Under the pieces are notes generated by a model. It was not told where the DNA came from. It did not search any database and saw only the letters and a list, made by a program, of their open reading frames with translations. From positions 5,792,001 through 5,856,000 of the forward strand of contig CBDETY010000003.1 in NCBI GenBank assembly GCA_965243025.1: a stretch of DNA of 64,000 bases. Reading direction: 5' to 3'. Made by a program: the position numbers and the translations under genes. The first letter of the stretch is position 1. The number at the start of each line of letters is the position of its first letter. Below are positions 40,509 through 49,451 of the stretch, in pieces. This DNA is from Candidatus Latescibacterota bacterium. Its GTDB lineage: Bacteria > Latescibacterota > UBA2968 > UBA8231.

Positions 40509-41225
40509 TCATTCTCCGGAGAGGTCGAAGTGCCGGCCCTCCTGCGTCGGCGGAGGAGCCACGCGCCGCAGGAACTGCCTCAGCGGCGCCGCAAGGGCGG
40601 ACAGCAACTGACGCTCTCCGCCGTCCCCGCCGCCAAGCAGATTCACCTGCATCGGCTGCCAGTTGCTGCTGCGCTGGCGCTGCTGGGTCCAGGACTGGCC
40701 GGTCACCAGATTGATCAGGGTAAGTTCCAGATCGACCGAGATGTTCATGCCCGGCGTGTGCACCAGTCCGTAAGGACTCGGAGATACCGGAGTCATCTGC
40801 GCCTGGAAGCTTTCCAGGACGACATAGATAACCGCGCCGATCTCCAGCTCGTCTCTCAGGGCGGTGCGGTGCTCCTGGGCGGCAAGCCAGGTGGAGTCGA
40901 AGAACACCTCCTTGAAATGCCAGCGAATCTCGTCCTGGGTGATGACCCGGCTCTCCGGGAGGTTGCGCCCGATCGCCTTGGCGGTGGCATCGGTAAGGCG
41001 GCCCATCACCTTCTCTATATCAACCCCCCGAACCTCCTCGATGTTGGTTCCGGACAGGACGCCGATGGTCTCCACCTCTGCGAGGAGAGGGGAAAGCTCC
41101 GGGTCGGGAAGCGCGGGGGCCCGGAACTCGACCTGCTTGAACGAACCCCCCGAACGGCCCGCGCACGAGGCCAGACCGACGGCGAGGGCGGCGGCCGCCA
41201 GGGCGACACTAAAAGCTTTTGCCAA
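40509..41225 (-). CDS. Hypothetical lipoprotein
   Basis: LASC lipobox; overlaps the end of the Omp85 gene. Confidence 0.7.
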   Translation of the reverse strand: MAKAFSVALAAAALAVGLASCAGRSGGSFKQVEFRAPALPDPELSPLLAEVETIGVLSGTNIEEVRGVDIEKVMGRLTDATAKAIGRNLPESRVITQDEIRWHFKEVFFDSTWLAAQEHRTALRDELEIGAVIYVVLESFQAQMTPVSPSPYGLVHTPGMNISVDLELTLINLVTGQSWTQQRQRSSNWQPMQVNLLGGGDGGERQLLSALAAPLRQFLRRVAPPPTQEGRHFDLSGE

Positions 41226-44200
41226 AACTGAAATGCATGCGCCAGTCGGAGAAGTCCTTCATGTCCGTCTGGCGGGCGAACTCGAAGTTCATGGGAGCGA
41301 GGAAGTAGACGAGCAGGCCGAATCCCACTCCGGCGCGCAGCTTGCGCGGATCTCCCTTGTCTTCGTGGGGGGCGTCCGGCGGCATCAGCGGCCACGGATC
41401 GAGGGTGTCTCCGTCGTCCCAGGTTCCGCCGATGTCGAAAAAGAAGCTGCCGTCGACCGCCGGGATGGCGAAGGTTCCGGGCCAGCCGAAGGTGATGTTG
41501 CGGATGAAGGGAACGCGGATCTCGCTGTTGAAAAGCAGGACGCGGCTTCCGGTGAACTGGGAGAACGGGTACCCGCGCAGCGGCCCGACGTTGAGGTTGT
41601 AGCCCGGAAAGAATGGCAGGACCCAGGAGGGGCCGCCGAGATTGTAGGTCAGCCCGTCCCTGCCCAGCGACCCGACGCCGACGCCGCGCAGCCCCAGCAC
41701 CGACCACCTGCCCAGGCGGATGTAGTGGCGATAGTCCGCTTCGATGTGGGAGAATGAGCGGTCGCCTCCAGTGAGAACGAGGGTGCGCCCGACCGAAAGG
41801 TAGTACTTGCGGCCCGACGTCGGACCGAGAAGGCCGTTGTTGAGCGAGTCGTGGACGTAGGAGGTCTTGAACAGGTGGGTGCTGAAGCTCTCGATGGTCT
41901 CCGTATCCGGCCACACCAGCTCCCGCCGCTCGTCGACGAAAGAGTAGCTCAACTCGACGCGGCGGTATACGTCGAGGGGATACGTAGCGTCTGCGAGAAG
42001 CCCTCCCTGACGGCTGCGTACCAGACCGCGCACCAGGCGGCCCCGATAGAAAAAGAGGCGGTCCTGGGTGTCGTTGAAATACTGGTTCCAGTTGAAGATC
42101 GTGGCGCTGTAGGTCGGCCGGCGGCCGTAGTAGCTGTAGCCGACGGCGAAGGTGAAGTCGCTGTTGATCTCCCGCGAGCCGATGTAGTCGGTGAACAGGA
42201 TCAGCTGGTGATTGCCGAGGAGGTCGCTCATGCTCAACTGGCCGATGCCGGACAGAAACCCGTTGTAGTAACCCATCTGGAAGGAGACGCCGTCGAACTC
42301 CAGCCTCGGTGTATAGCGCCGGCGGGGCAGTTCTCCCAGGGATACGTCCCCCTTCCCGGCGAGGCCGGACTCGAGCTGGACACCACCGGAGGCCAAGGGA
42401 GTTGCGACCGCCTCACCCGGGGGTGGATCGGGGATTTCGGAAATCCCCGCGCCGGTGTCCAGGGGCTGAGACACCTCCGCCAGTTTCACCGCCTTCCCCC
42501 GACCCGCGGCCCCCTGCTCGAGGAGGGGTGGAACCGCATCAGCGAGTCCGTCGAGCGGCGCCTTCCTGAGGACGGCCGCCAACGCGGAAGTGTCCGCGGC
42601 CGCCGTGGCCTCCGGCTCGGCCGCCTCCGGAGGGGAGGCGGCAACCGCCGGGTTCTTTCCCGGAATCCGGGCGGCGAGCTCGGCATCCCTGCTCTTGATC
42701 TCAGGCCAGTTCGGCATGTCCAGGCGGTACAACTCCTGGCGGCCGTGGTAGTAGGTTCCCAGCACGATCTGCTTGCCGTCGGGTGACAGCGCCGGCGACA
42801 GTATTCCGCTGATGGTGCGCGTGATGCGGAACTCCTGCCCTGTCTCCAAGTGGTAGACGAAGAGGTCGTTTATGCGCTCCCGGGTCGAGACGTAAAGCAT
42901 CTTGTTGCCCTCGGGGAGCCACTGGGGCCACAAGTCGTCGGTCGGGCTGGAAATCAATCCCCGGGTGCGGCCGGTCTCGAGGTCGTATTCCCGGATGTCG
43001 AACTGGCCGTTGCGCTTGGCGCTGAAGGCGATCCTGGCGCCATCCGGGGACCACGCAGGGTAATCTTCGCGGGTCGGGGTGCCGGTCACCTGCGTCAGCT
43101 GGCGGGTCTCGACGTCGACGTAGTAGATGTCGCTCTGGCCGTACCCGGTGCCGACGAACGCCAGGAGCCGGCTGTCGGGAGCCCAATCGAGACTCCTGAT
43201 GACCTCGATATCTTCGAAGACAATGGAACCGGTCACCTCCTTGTCGTACAGGTCCCACAGAAGAAGCAGGTCCTTGGGCCCTTTCTTGGCGACGAAGGCG
43301 ATGGTGCGGCCGTCGGGTGCCCAGGCGACCGAGCCCTGGCCGAAGGTCAGGTCGTCGAAAATCGCGGTGCGCATCCCCGTGGTGACACGCTCGACCACCG
43401 TGCCGTTGCGCAGCCTGATGATGTCGACGTGCTCCTCGACCCCGTCGGTGGAGAGCACGGCGAGCATGTCGCCGCTGAGCGACCAGCGCGGCCCCGCGTA
43501 GAGCGAATGGACGTCGTCGTCCTGCACGACCCGGGTGGCGAATTCCGAGACGTAGTCGCGGTTCTGCAGCAGCGGCCAGTACTTCTTGCGCATGTGCGCC
43601 TGCCAGCGTTCGTCGAGGGTCTTCATGTCGACGTCGATCAGCCGTTCCAGGAGCTTGTCGGTGTCGGTCCGGCTGTCCCAGACGCGGAGAATGCGGCTGA
43701 TCTTTTCCGGGCCGTAGTTCGCCGCGATGTACTCCATCAGGCTGTGGCCCTGCTTGTAGGCGAGGAACGTATTCGGCAGGTAGTCCCACGAGGAGTCCAT
43801 CACCTCGAGGGGAATCAGCTCGTCGGTGAGGATGGCGTCGCGCAGCACCATCTCGTCGATGGTGCCCATGCCGGCCTCCCCTTCGGCGAACTGCGCCATC
43901 CCCTCCATGATCCAGGTGGGCGGGCGGGCGACCGGGTTGGTGATCCGTTTGACAGGTCCGCGGTTGACGATGTCGTACTGGAATATGTGCATCAGCTCGT
44001 GCACGAGGACGTTGCGGAAGTTGTCGAGGTCGCCGTCGAATGGGATGACCATGCGGTAGCGCAGCGGCTCGGCGAAGCCGGCCACTCCGGGAGGAAGAAA
44101 GGCCTGGATGATGTTGGTCTGCTGGAACTCGTAGTGCGACTTGAAGATGACAATGGGCGGTTTCGTCGACAGCTCGTGGCGCATCAGGCCGCTGATGTGA

Positions 44201-44448
44201 TCGTAGGCCTCCTCGAGAAAGAGGATGGCGCGGTCGGCGAGATCCTCGAACTCCGGCTCGTAGTGAAGCAGCAGGTGCTCGCTTTCGGCATAGTGCCAGT
44301 CGAAGTCCTTGTAACGCACCTTGTTCTTGCCGAACCCCTGGCGCAACTGTGAGGACACGACGTCCTGGGCAGCCACCTCGCCGGCGCCAAGGAGGAGGCT
44401 GACCAGGAGTGCCCCGGTGGGTCCGGTTTTTAGAATGCCGGGTTTCAA
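41209..44448 (-). CDS. Omp85/BamA-TamA family protein with N-terminal zinc-peptidase-like domain and PD40/TolB beta-propeller
   Basis: HELMH..EGMA, repeated P.WSPDG, LRGY and EIRVP barrel motifs, terminal FSFGKSF; TTG start inferred. Confidence 0.85.
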   Translation of the reverse strand: MKPGILKTGPTGALLVSLLLGAGEVAAQDVVSSQLRQGFGKNKVRYKDFDWHYAESEHLLLHYEPEFEDLADRAILFLEEAYDHISGLMRHELSTKPPIVIFKSHYEFQQTNIIQAFLPPGVAGFAEPLRYRMVIPFDGDLDNFRNVLVHELMHIFQYDIVNRGPVKRITNPVARPPTWIMEGMAQFAEGEAGMGTIDEMVLRDAILTDELIPLEVMDSSWDYLPNTFLAYKQGHSLMEYIAANYGPEKISRILRVWDSRTDTDKLLERLIDVDMKTLDERWQAHMRKKYWPLLQNRDYVSEFATRVVQDDDVHSLYAGPRWSLSGDMLAVLSTDGVEEHVDIIRLRNGTVVERVTTGMRTAIFDDLTFGQGSVAWAPDGRTIAFVAKKGPKDLLLLWDLYDKEVTGSIVFEDIEVIRSLDWAPDSRLLAFVGTGYGQSDIYYVDVETRQLTQVTGTPTREDYPAWSPDGARIAFSAKRNGQFDIREYDLETGRTRGLISSPTDDLWPQWLPEGNKMLYVSTRERINDLFVYHLETGQEFRITRTISGILSPALSPDGKQIVLGTYYHGRQELYRLDMPNWPEIKSRDAELAARIPGKNPAVAASPPEAAEPEATAAADTSALAAVLRKAPLDGLADAVPPLLEQGAAGRGKAVKLAEVSQPLDTGAGISEIPDPPPGEAVATPLASGGVQLESGLAGKGDVSLGELPRRRYTPRLEFDGVSFQMGYYNGFLSGIGQLSMSDLLGNHQLILFTDYIGSREINSDFTFAVGYSYYGRRPTYSATIFNWNQYFNDTQDRLFFYRGRLVRGLVRSRQGGLLADATYPLDVYRRVELSYSFVDERRELVWPDTETIESFSTHLFKTSYVHDSLNNGLLGPTSGRKYYLSVGRTLVLTGGDRSFSHIEADYRHYIRLGRWSVLGLRGVGVGSLGRDGLTYNLGGPSWVLPFFPGYNLNVGPLRGYPFSQFTGSRVLLFNSEIRVPFIRNITFGWPGTFAIPAVDGSFFFDIGGTWDDGDTLDPWPLMPPDAPHEDKGDPRKLRAGVGFGLLVYFLAPMNFEFARQTDMKDFSDWRMHFSFGKSF

Positions 44449-44467
44449 GACTTCACCTGCTTTCCGG

Positions 44468-45337
44468 TTAAGTGCCGGGATTCCGCCCGTCAGGATCGCC
44501 GCTCTCGCCAGCGTCTTCGCCGGACTCGACAGGGGCATCCAGTCCGAGATCATCAAGCCCCGTCGCCAGCGAGTCTACCTGTTCCCCCTCTCCGAGGACC
44601 TCTCTCGATTTGCGTCCCTGCAGCTGCCGCAGGTTGATTCTGTACGCTTCCCGGCGCGGATTGAGGGCGCGCGCCCGCTGATAGGCGAGCTCGGCCTTCT
44701 CCCGCTCTCCAAGGCGCTCGTACACGACGCCGAGATTGTTGGAAAGGCTCGCCGACACGCTGTCCGCGGCGAGGGCCTTCTCGAGGTGCAACCGCGCTTC
44801 CTTCCACATACCGTTTTCGATGCACCAGAGCGCGTATTCGTTTACTCGCTCGACCTTCTCCTTCTGGCTGCGGGTGCGGGCGGCGTGCAGGGATTGCAGC
44901 TTGCGGTCCAGCTCGGGGTTCCTGCCGCTGAAGATTTCACCTTCACCCGCAGGGCGGGCTTTGGAACCCCGGCGGCGCGCTTCTGCCGCTCTTGAGGGGG
45001 GTGCGTCCATCCCGGCTGCAAAGTCCGGGTCAGGGGCCGCGGTATTCACCGGCAGGGAGTCCCCGGCACTGGCAACGGAGCCGTCGTCCCCCGCAGTCGA
45101 TACCGCCCCTCCAGCGGCCGTATCTTCTTGGACAATCTCACCTTGCGGACGGTTCCCCGGGTCGTCCCACCAGGGCTTTTCGGTATCGGGGCGGCGTTTG
45201 ACCACCTCGAAGCAGCCGCTCCAGACCAGGCATGAGGCCGCAAGGATGGCGGCGCTCAGGGGAACGGCACGGCCCGGGCGCGGCCGGGAACCGCCCGTTT
45301 CCGGTTCTGAAGCGACCCTGGAAAGATTCGTTGCCAT
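44468..45337 (-). CDS. TPR-containing putative lipoprotein
   Basis: WSGC lipobox-like; NNLGVVYERLG...AYQRARALNP TPR. Confidence 0.75.
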   Translation of the reverse strand: MATNLSRVASEPETGGSRPRPGRAVPLSAAILAASCLVWSGCFEVVKRRPDTEKPWWDDPGNRPQGEIVQEDTAAGGAVSTAGDDGSVASAGDSLPVNTAAPDPDFAAGMDAPPSRAAEARRRGSKARPAGEGEIFSGRNPELDRKLQSLHAARTRSQKEKVERVNEYALWCIENGMWKEARLHLEKALAADSVSASLSNNLGVVYERLGEREKAELAYQRARALNPRREAYRINLRQLQGRKSREVLGEGEQVDSLATGLDDLGLDAPVESGEDAGESGDPDGRNPGT

Positions 45338-45590
45338 GGCTGTCTGCAGTGCGGCCGACGGCGGCTGACGCCTTGGGAGTGCGGAGTTCCGGGGGCCTCT
45401 CCTGCCCGCCAGCCGCCGGGAAGCCCTTGCCGGCCCGGCGAAGCGGGCGCGCATGCTGGTCGACTTGCGGCACGGCGGCCGGTTCCCGGAAGCCCCGAGA
45501 CAGAAAGGGGAACCCGTTTTCGAGAATATAAGCAGTGACCTGCCGGACCTCATAAGAGCAGGAGGAAGGCAGTTTCGGTTTCGGCTCCCG

Positions 45591-46940
45591 TTAGCGGAGA
45601 GAAGGCAGCCGTCGGCGAAGGATCGGGACACCCGCCAGCAGAAGGTAAAAGGGGGCGAACTCCACCAGCCTGACCCAGGCCTGCTCTTCCCATACGCCGA
45701 GGTGGAGGTAGCGGCCAAGTACTTCGTAGGAAAGCACCACCAGCCCGGAGAGGCAGAGCCAGGCGGGGTTGGGAAAAAACGGCAGAAAGGGGAGAATCCA
45801 GAGCAGGTACCAGGGATGCAGAGTCGGGGACAGCAGGGTGAACACGGACAGAACCACGAACAGCACGCGCAGCGGATCGGCCATGAGCACGGGAGCTGCC
45901 AGGCAGGTAAGCGCCACTGCACCGGCGCAGAACAGGCGGGCCCCGGAATGGGCTCCCTCCGCGTCGACTCCGGCCAGGCGCAGGCCCTCGACTGCAAGGG
46001 AGAAAACCGAATCGTTGAAGCGCCACCTCGCCGCGTACGCCGACAGGCCGTCGAAGAGACCGGAACCCGCGCCTGAGTAGGGAAGGTACCCGGCCAGGAC
46101 GCCGACGGGAAGAAGCAGCAACGGCATGCGCCCCCTCAGGCTGAGCCAGGCGCGCAGGTCCCTCCCTCCGTGGTTCCCGAACTCGCGCCAGAACAGGGGT
46201 GCCGCCAGCAACGGAATCAGCTTGGCCAGCACTGCCGCCGCCAACGCCAGGGCCGCCGCCCCCCGGCGTCCATTGAGCATCAGGGACGCAGCTGCCATGA
46301 GCAGCGCGATGCCGAGGGGGTCGATGTGGCCGCTGCCGGCGATCTCGACTACGGCAAGCGGGTTCCACAGGTAGAGGAGCACCCATCGGGGGTCGCGCCC
46401 GGAGCGCCGCAGCAACAGGATCAGGATGGCGGCCAGCAGCGCCTCGCAGCAGAGAAGGGCGGCCTTCATCGCGGTCACGGTATGGCTGACCGCGGAAACC
46501 CCGAGAAAGAACAGCTGCGCCAGGGGCGGATAGATCGTCGGCACGTCCTTGTGGTTGATGTGGGGGTAGTGGACGTCCCGCAGCTCCTCCACGGCGGGGT
46601 CCCCGGGGGAGTGCATATACGGGTTGATCCCGGCTAGCTGGACGCGGCCGTCCCACAGGTAGCGGTATATGTCGTCGGACAGGCTGGGAGCCGCCGGCAG
46701 GAGGGTGAGACGGAAGACCGCGGCACCGATCAGGACGGCGGCCAGGGAGCCCCGCCGCACGGCAACGAATGCGGCTCCCCCGGTATACGCCGCGAAAGCG
46801 ACGGCGAAAAGCATCCAGAACCAGGGTATGGCGGGGCGCAGGTCTCCCAGCGAGGCGAGAACCAGCCAGGCTCCCTCCATGGCCGCGGCGCAACCATAGA
46901 GGGGGGCATCCCGTTTCAGGCGCTGCAGCTGGAGGGGCAT
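45591..46940 (-). CDS. GT-C membrane glycosyltransferase (GT87/DUF2029-like)
   Basis: SDDIYRYLWDG, INPY, TIYPP, LWNPL..EIAGSGH.D, HPWY. Confidence 0.85.
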   Translation of the reverse strand: MPLQLQRLKRDAPLYGCAAAMEGAWLVLASLGDLRPAIPWFWMLFAVAFAAYTGGAAFVAVRRGSLAAVLIGAAVFRLTLLPAAPSLSDDIYRYLWDGRVQLAGINPYMHSPGDPAVEELRDVHYPHINHKDVPTIYPPLAQLFFLGVSAVSHTVTAMKAALLCCEALLAAILILLLRRSGRDPRWVLLYLWNPLAVVEIAGSGHIDPLGIALLMAAASLMLNGRRGAAALALAAAVLAKLIPLLAAPLFWREFGNHGGRDLRAWLSLRGRMPLLLLPVGVLAGYLPYSGAGSGLFDGLSAYAARWRFNDSVFSLAVEGLRLAGVDAEGAHSGARLFCAGAVALTCLAAPVLMADPLRVLFVVLSVFTLLSPTLHPWYLLWILPFLPFFPNPAWLCLSGLVVLSYEVLGRYLHLGVWEEQAWVRLVEFAPFYLLLAGVPILRRRLPSLR

Positions 46941-46953
46941 CCGGGCGTGGAAA

Positions 46954-47475
46954 TCAATAGGTCAGCCGGCGGGCGCCGGCGTAGCGGCTGCCGAAATAGG
47001 GCTGGTTGAGACTGTCGATTACCCCGCCCCGGCTCAGGCTGGCGTGGATGAAGCGGTCGTCCCCGACGTATACGCCGACGTGTGAAATCCCCGGGCCGGA
47101 GGCGGCGATGCGGAAGAAGAGGAGGTCTCCGGGCCGCAGGTCATCGCGGTTGGCGATCGGGGAGCCGACGACGAACATCTGCTTCGAGGTCCGGGGAAGC
47201 TCGATGCCGTAGGCCTCGCGCACGATGGCCCGGGTCATGGCGGAGCAGTCCATCCCTGTGCGGGTGGTGCCTCCCCATTTGTAGGGGATTCCGAGGTACC
47301 CGTTGGCCACCTCCAGCAACCGCCGGGGACTGCTGTTGCGCAGGGCGCGCTGGCGGGCCCGCAGCTCCTCGACGACCGTGCGGCCGCCGGGGGGCTCGCT
47401 CGTGTAGCGCGGTGCCGGTGCGCAGGCGGCCAGCAGGGAGAACACCGCGAGGGCCTGCACCGGTTGGCGCCTCAC
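46954..47475 (-). CDS. NlpC/P60 (C40) peptidase lipoprotein
   Basis: LAAC lipobox; PYKWGG...DCS, LPRTS, GDLLFF, SHVG..FIHAS; GTGA coupling with rluD. Confidence 0.9.
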   Translation of the reverse strand: MRRQPVQALAVFSLLAACAPAPRYTSEPPGGRTVVEELRARQRALRNSSPRRLLEVANGYLGIPYKWGGTTRTGMDCSAMTRAIVREAYGIELPRTSKQMFVVGSPIANRDDLRPGDLLFFRIAASGPGISHVGVYVGDDRFIHASLSRGGVIDSLNQPYFGSRYAGARRLTY

Positions 47476-48437
47476 GCCGGCCTCCGCAGCAGCTCGAGGA
47501 CCCTCCCGATATCCTCCGGCAGCGGCGAGGAAAAGCTCGCGGCCTTTCCCGTGGAGGGGTGTTCGAAGGCGAGCCTGCTCGCGTGCAGGGCCTGGCGGCC
47601 GATCAGCCCGAGCGCCTGGCTCGCGGCGCCGCGGTGCCCGGGGGCGATTCCGCGCAGGCGCGAGCGTCCCCCGTAGACGGGGTCGCCGAATACGGGGTGG
47701 CCGGCGTGCTGCATATGCACGCGGATCTGGTGCGTTCTGCCGGTTTCCAGCTCGACGCGAAGCAGGCTCAGGAAACCGAGCTTTTCGCAGGTCGTGAAAC
47801 GGGTTACGGCGCGGCGGCCATCTTCGCGAACCGCCATCTGCACCCGGTCCCGGGGATTGCGGGCGATGGCGGCTTCGATCCGGCCGGCGCCCGGATCTCC
47901 CCAGACGACGGCGGCGTAGACCCGGCTGAGGGTCCGCGCCTCGAGCTGTGCTGCGAGACTGCGGTGGGCGCGGTCGTTCTTGGCGACGACCATCAGCCCG
48001 GTGGTGTCGCGGTCGAGGCGGTGTACGATGCCGGGCCGCAGGGCCCCGTTGATCCCGGACAGATCGCGGCAGCGGTGGAGGAGGGCGTTCACCAGGGTTC
48101 CCGTCCGGCATCCTGGAGCCGGGTGAACGGTCATCCCGGCAGCCTTGTCGACAACGAGGAGATCGTCGTCCTCGTATGCAACCGACAGGGGGATCTCTTC
48201 GGGAAGGAGGTCGAGCCTGCCGGGGGCGGGAATCGTCATGTCGACGCGGTCTCCTGCCCTGACCCTGTAGCTGGCTCGCCGCGGTTTTCCCCCTACGCGA
48301 ACGGCTCCGTCGCCGATCAGCGTCTGTATCCGGCTGCGCGAAAGCGAGCCGCAACGGTCGGCGAGGAACCGGTCCAGGCGTTCTCCCTCCTCCTCGTCGG
48401 GAATGACGACTCGAACCGAAGCGCCGGGTTCGGACAT
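47472..48437 (-). CDS. rluD: 23S rRNA pseudouridine synthase
   Basis: S4 domain, GIVHRLDRDTTG, TGRTHQIRVH, ALHA. Confidence 0.92.
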   Translation of the reverse strand: MSEPGASVRVVIPDEEEGERLDRFLADRCGSLSRSRIQTLIGDGAVRVGGKPRRASYRVRAGDRVDMTIPAPGRLDLLPEEIPLSVAYEDDDLLVVDKAAGMTVHPAPGCRTGTLVNALLHRCRDLSGINGALRPGIVHRLDRDTTGLMVVAKNDRAHRSLAAQLEARTLSRVYAAVVWGDPGAGRIEAAIARNPRDRVQMAVREDGRRAVTRFTTCEKLGFLSLLRVELETGRTHQIRVHMQHAGHPVFGDPVYGGRSRLRGIAPGHRGAASQALGLIGRQALHASRLAFEHPSTGKAASFSSPLPEDIGRVLELLRRPA

Positions 48438-48483
48438 GCCTTGCGGAAGCGCAGCTGGCCGCCGTGGATCCCGTGTGGGTGCG

Positions 48484-49053
48484 TCAGCTCCCGGAGACGC
48501 GATCCGACTCGGCGACCTCGGGCCCCCCCTCACCCGGACGCGGCCCGGGTTCCTTTCGGCGGCCGTAGCCGATGGCGAGAATGACGATGCCGACGGTGAC
48601 GAACGAGTCGGCGACGTTGAAGACCGGCCAGCGCCAGTCCGGGCCGATTCCGAAGTCGAAGAAGTCGATCACCTCCCCCAGGCGAATGCGGTCTATGATG
48701 TTGCCGAGCGCCCCGCCGAGAACCATGGTCACCGCCGCCCGCAACAGCCCCGAGTCGGAAGGCAGGGTGCGGAACAGGTAGGCGAGAACGACGAGAGCCG
48801 CTACCGATACGAAGGTATGGATCTCGGGGCCGCCGAAGCTGAGACCGAAGGCGGCGCCGCGGTTGTGGATGTAGGTCAGGCGAAAGAAACCGCCGAGAAC
48901 CTCTATCGAATCGTTCCGGGCCATCGTGGCGGCGACCAGGAGCTTGGTCGCCTGGTCGAGCGCCAGAATCAGGGGAAGGAGAACGGGGAGGGAAAACCGC
49001 CGCCACGGGGATTTTCCGTCGCCGCCCGGGCTACCAGCTGCCGGCCTTGTCAT
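48484..49053 (-). CDS. lspA: Lipoprotein signal peptidase II
   Basis: DQATK, NRGAAFG, GALGNIIDR, VIDF, FNVAD; start uncertain. Confidence 0.92.
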   Translation of the reverse strand: MTRPAAGSPGGDGKSPWRRFSLPVLLPLILALDQATKLLVAATMARNDSIEVLGGFFRLTYIHNRGAAFGLSFGGPEIHTFVSVAALVVLAYLFRTLPSDSGLLRAAVTMVLGGALGNIIDRIRLGEVIDFFDFGIGPDWRWPVFNVADSFVTVGIVILAIGYGRRKEPGPRPGEGGPEVAESDRVSGS

Positions 49054-49411
49054 CCTTCGACTTGCAGGCGATGCACTGGGTAGCCGTCGGCACCGCTTCC
49101 AGCCTGGGGCGGCCGATCTCGCCCCCGCAGACGCGGCAGATGCCGAAAGTGCCGTCCGCGATCCGCTGCAGGGCCTCGTCGAGGTAATCGATGTAATTCC
49201 CCTCGCGCTGGGCGAGCAGGAGGTTCTTCTCCCGCTCCATGGCGTCCGTGCCGCGGTCGGCCATGTGCAGCGAGTACGCCGAGCGGTCTTCGGAAGACTC
49301 CTGCGCGTCGTCGCTGCGAGACACTCTCTCCAGCTCTTCGAGGTCGGCATTCGCCTGGACCCGTTTTTCGGTGATCAGGCACTTGAAGTAGGCGAGATCT
49401 TCGGCGTTCAT
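49031..49411 (-). CDS. DksA/TraR C4 zinc-finger protein
   Basis: HMADRGTD coiled-coil tip, GICRVCG..RLEAVP...CIAC. Confidence 0.9.
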   Translation of the reverse strand: MNAEDLAYFKCLITEKRVQANADLEELERVSRSDDAQESSEDRSAYSLHMADRGTDAMEREKNLLLAQREGNYIDYLDEALQRIADGTFGICRVCGGEIGRPRLEAVPTATQCIACKSKDDKAGSW

Positions 49412-49451
49412 CGGTTTCCAGCTCTCTGTAGTGATCGTCCAATCGAAAGGC

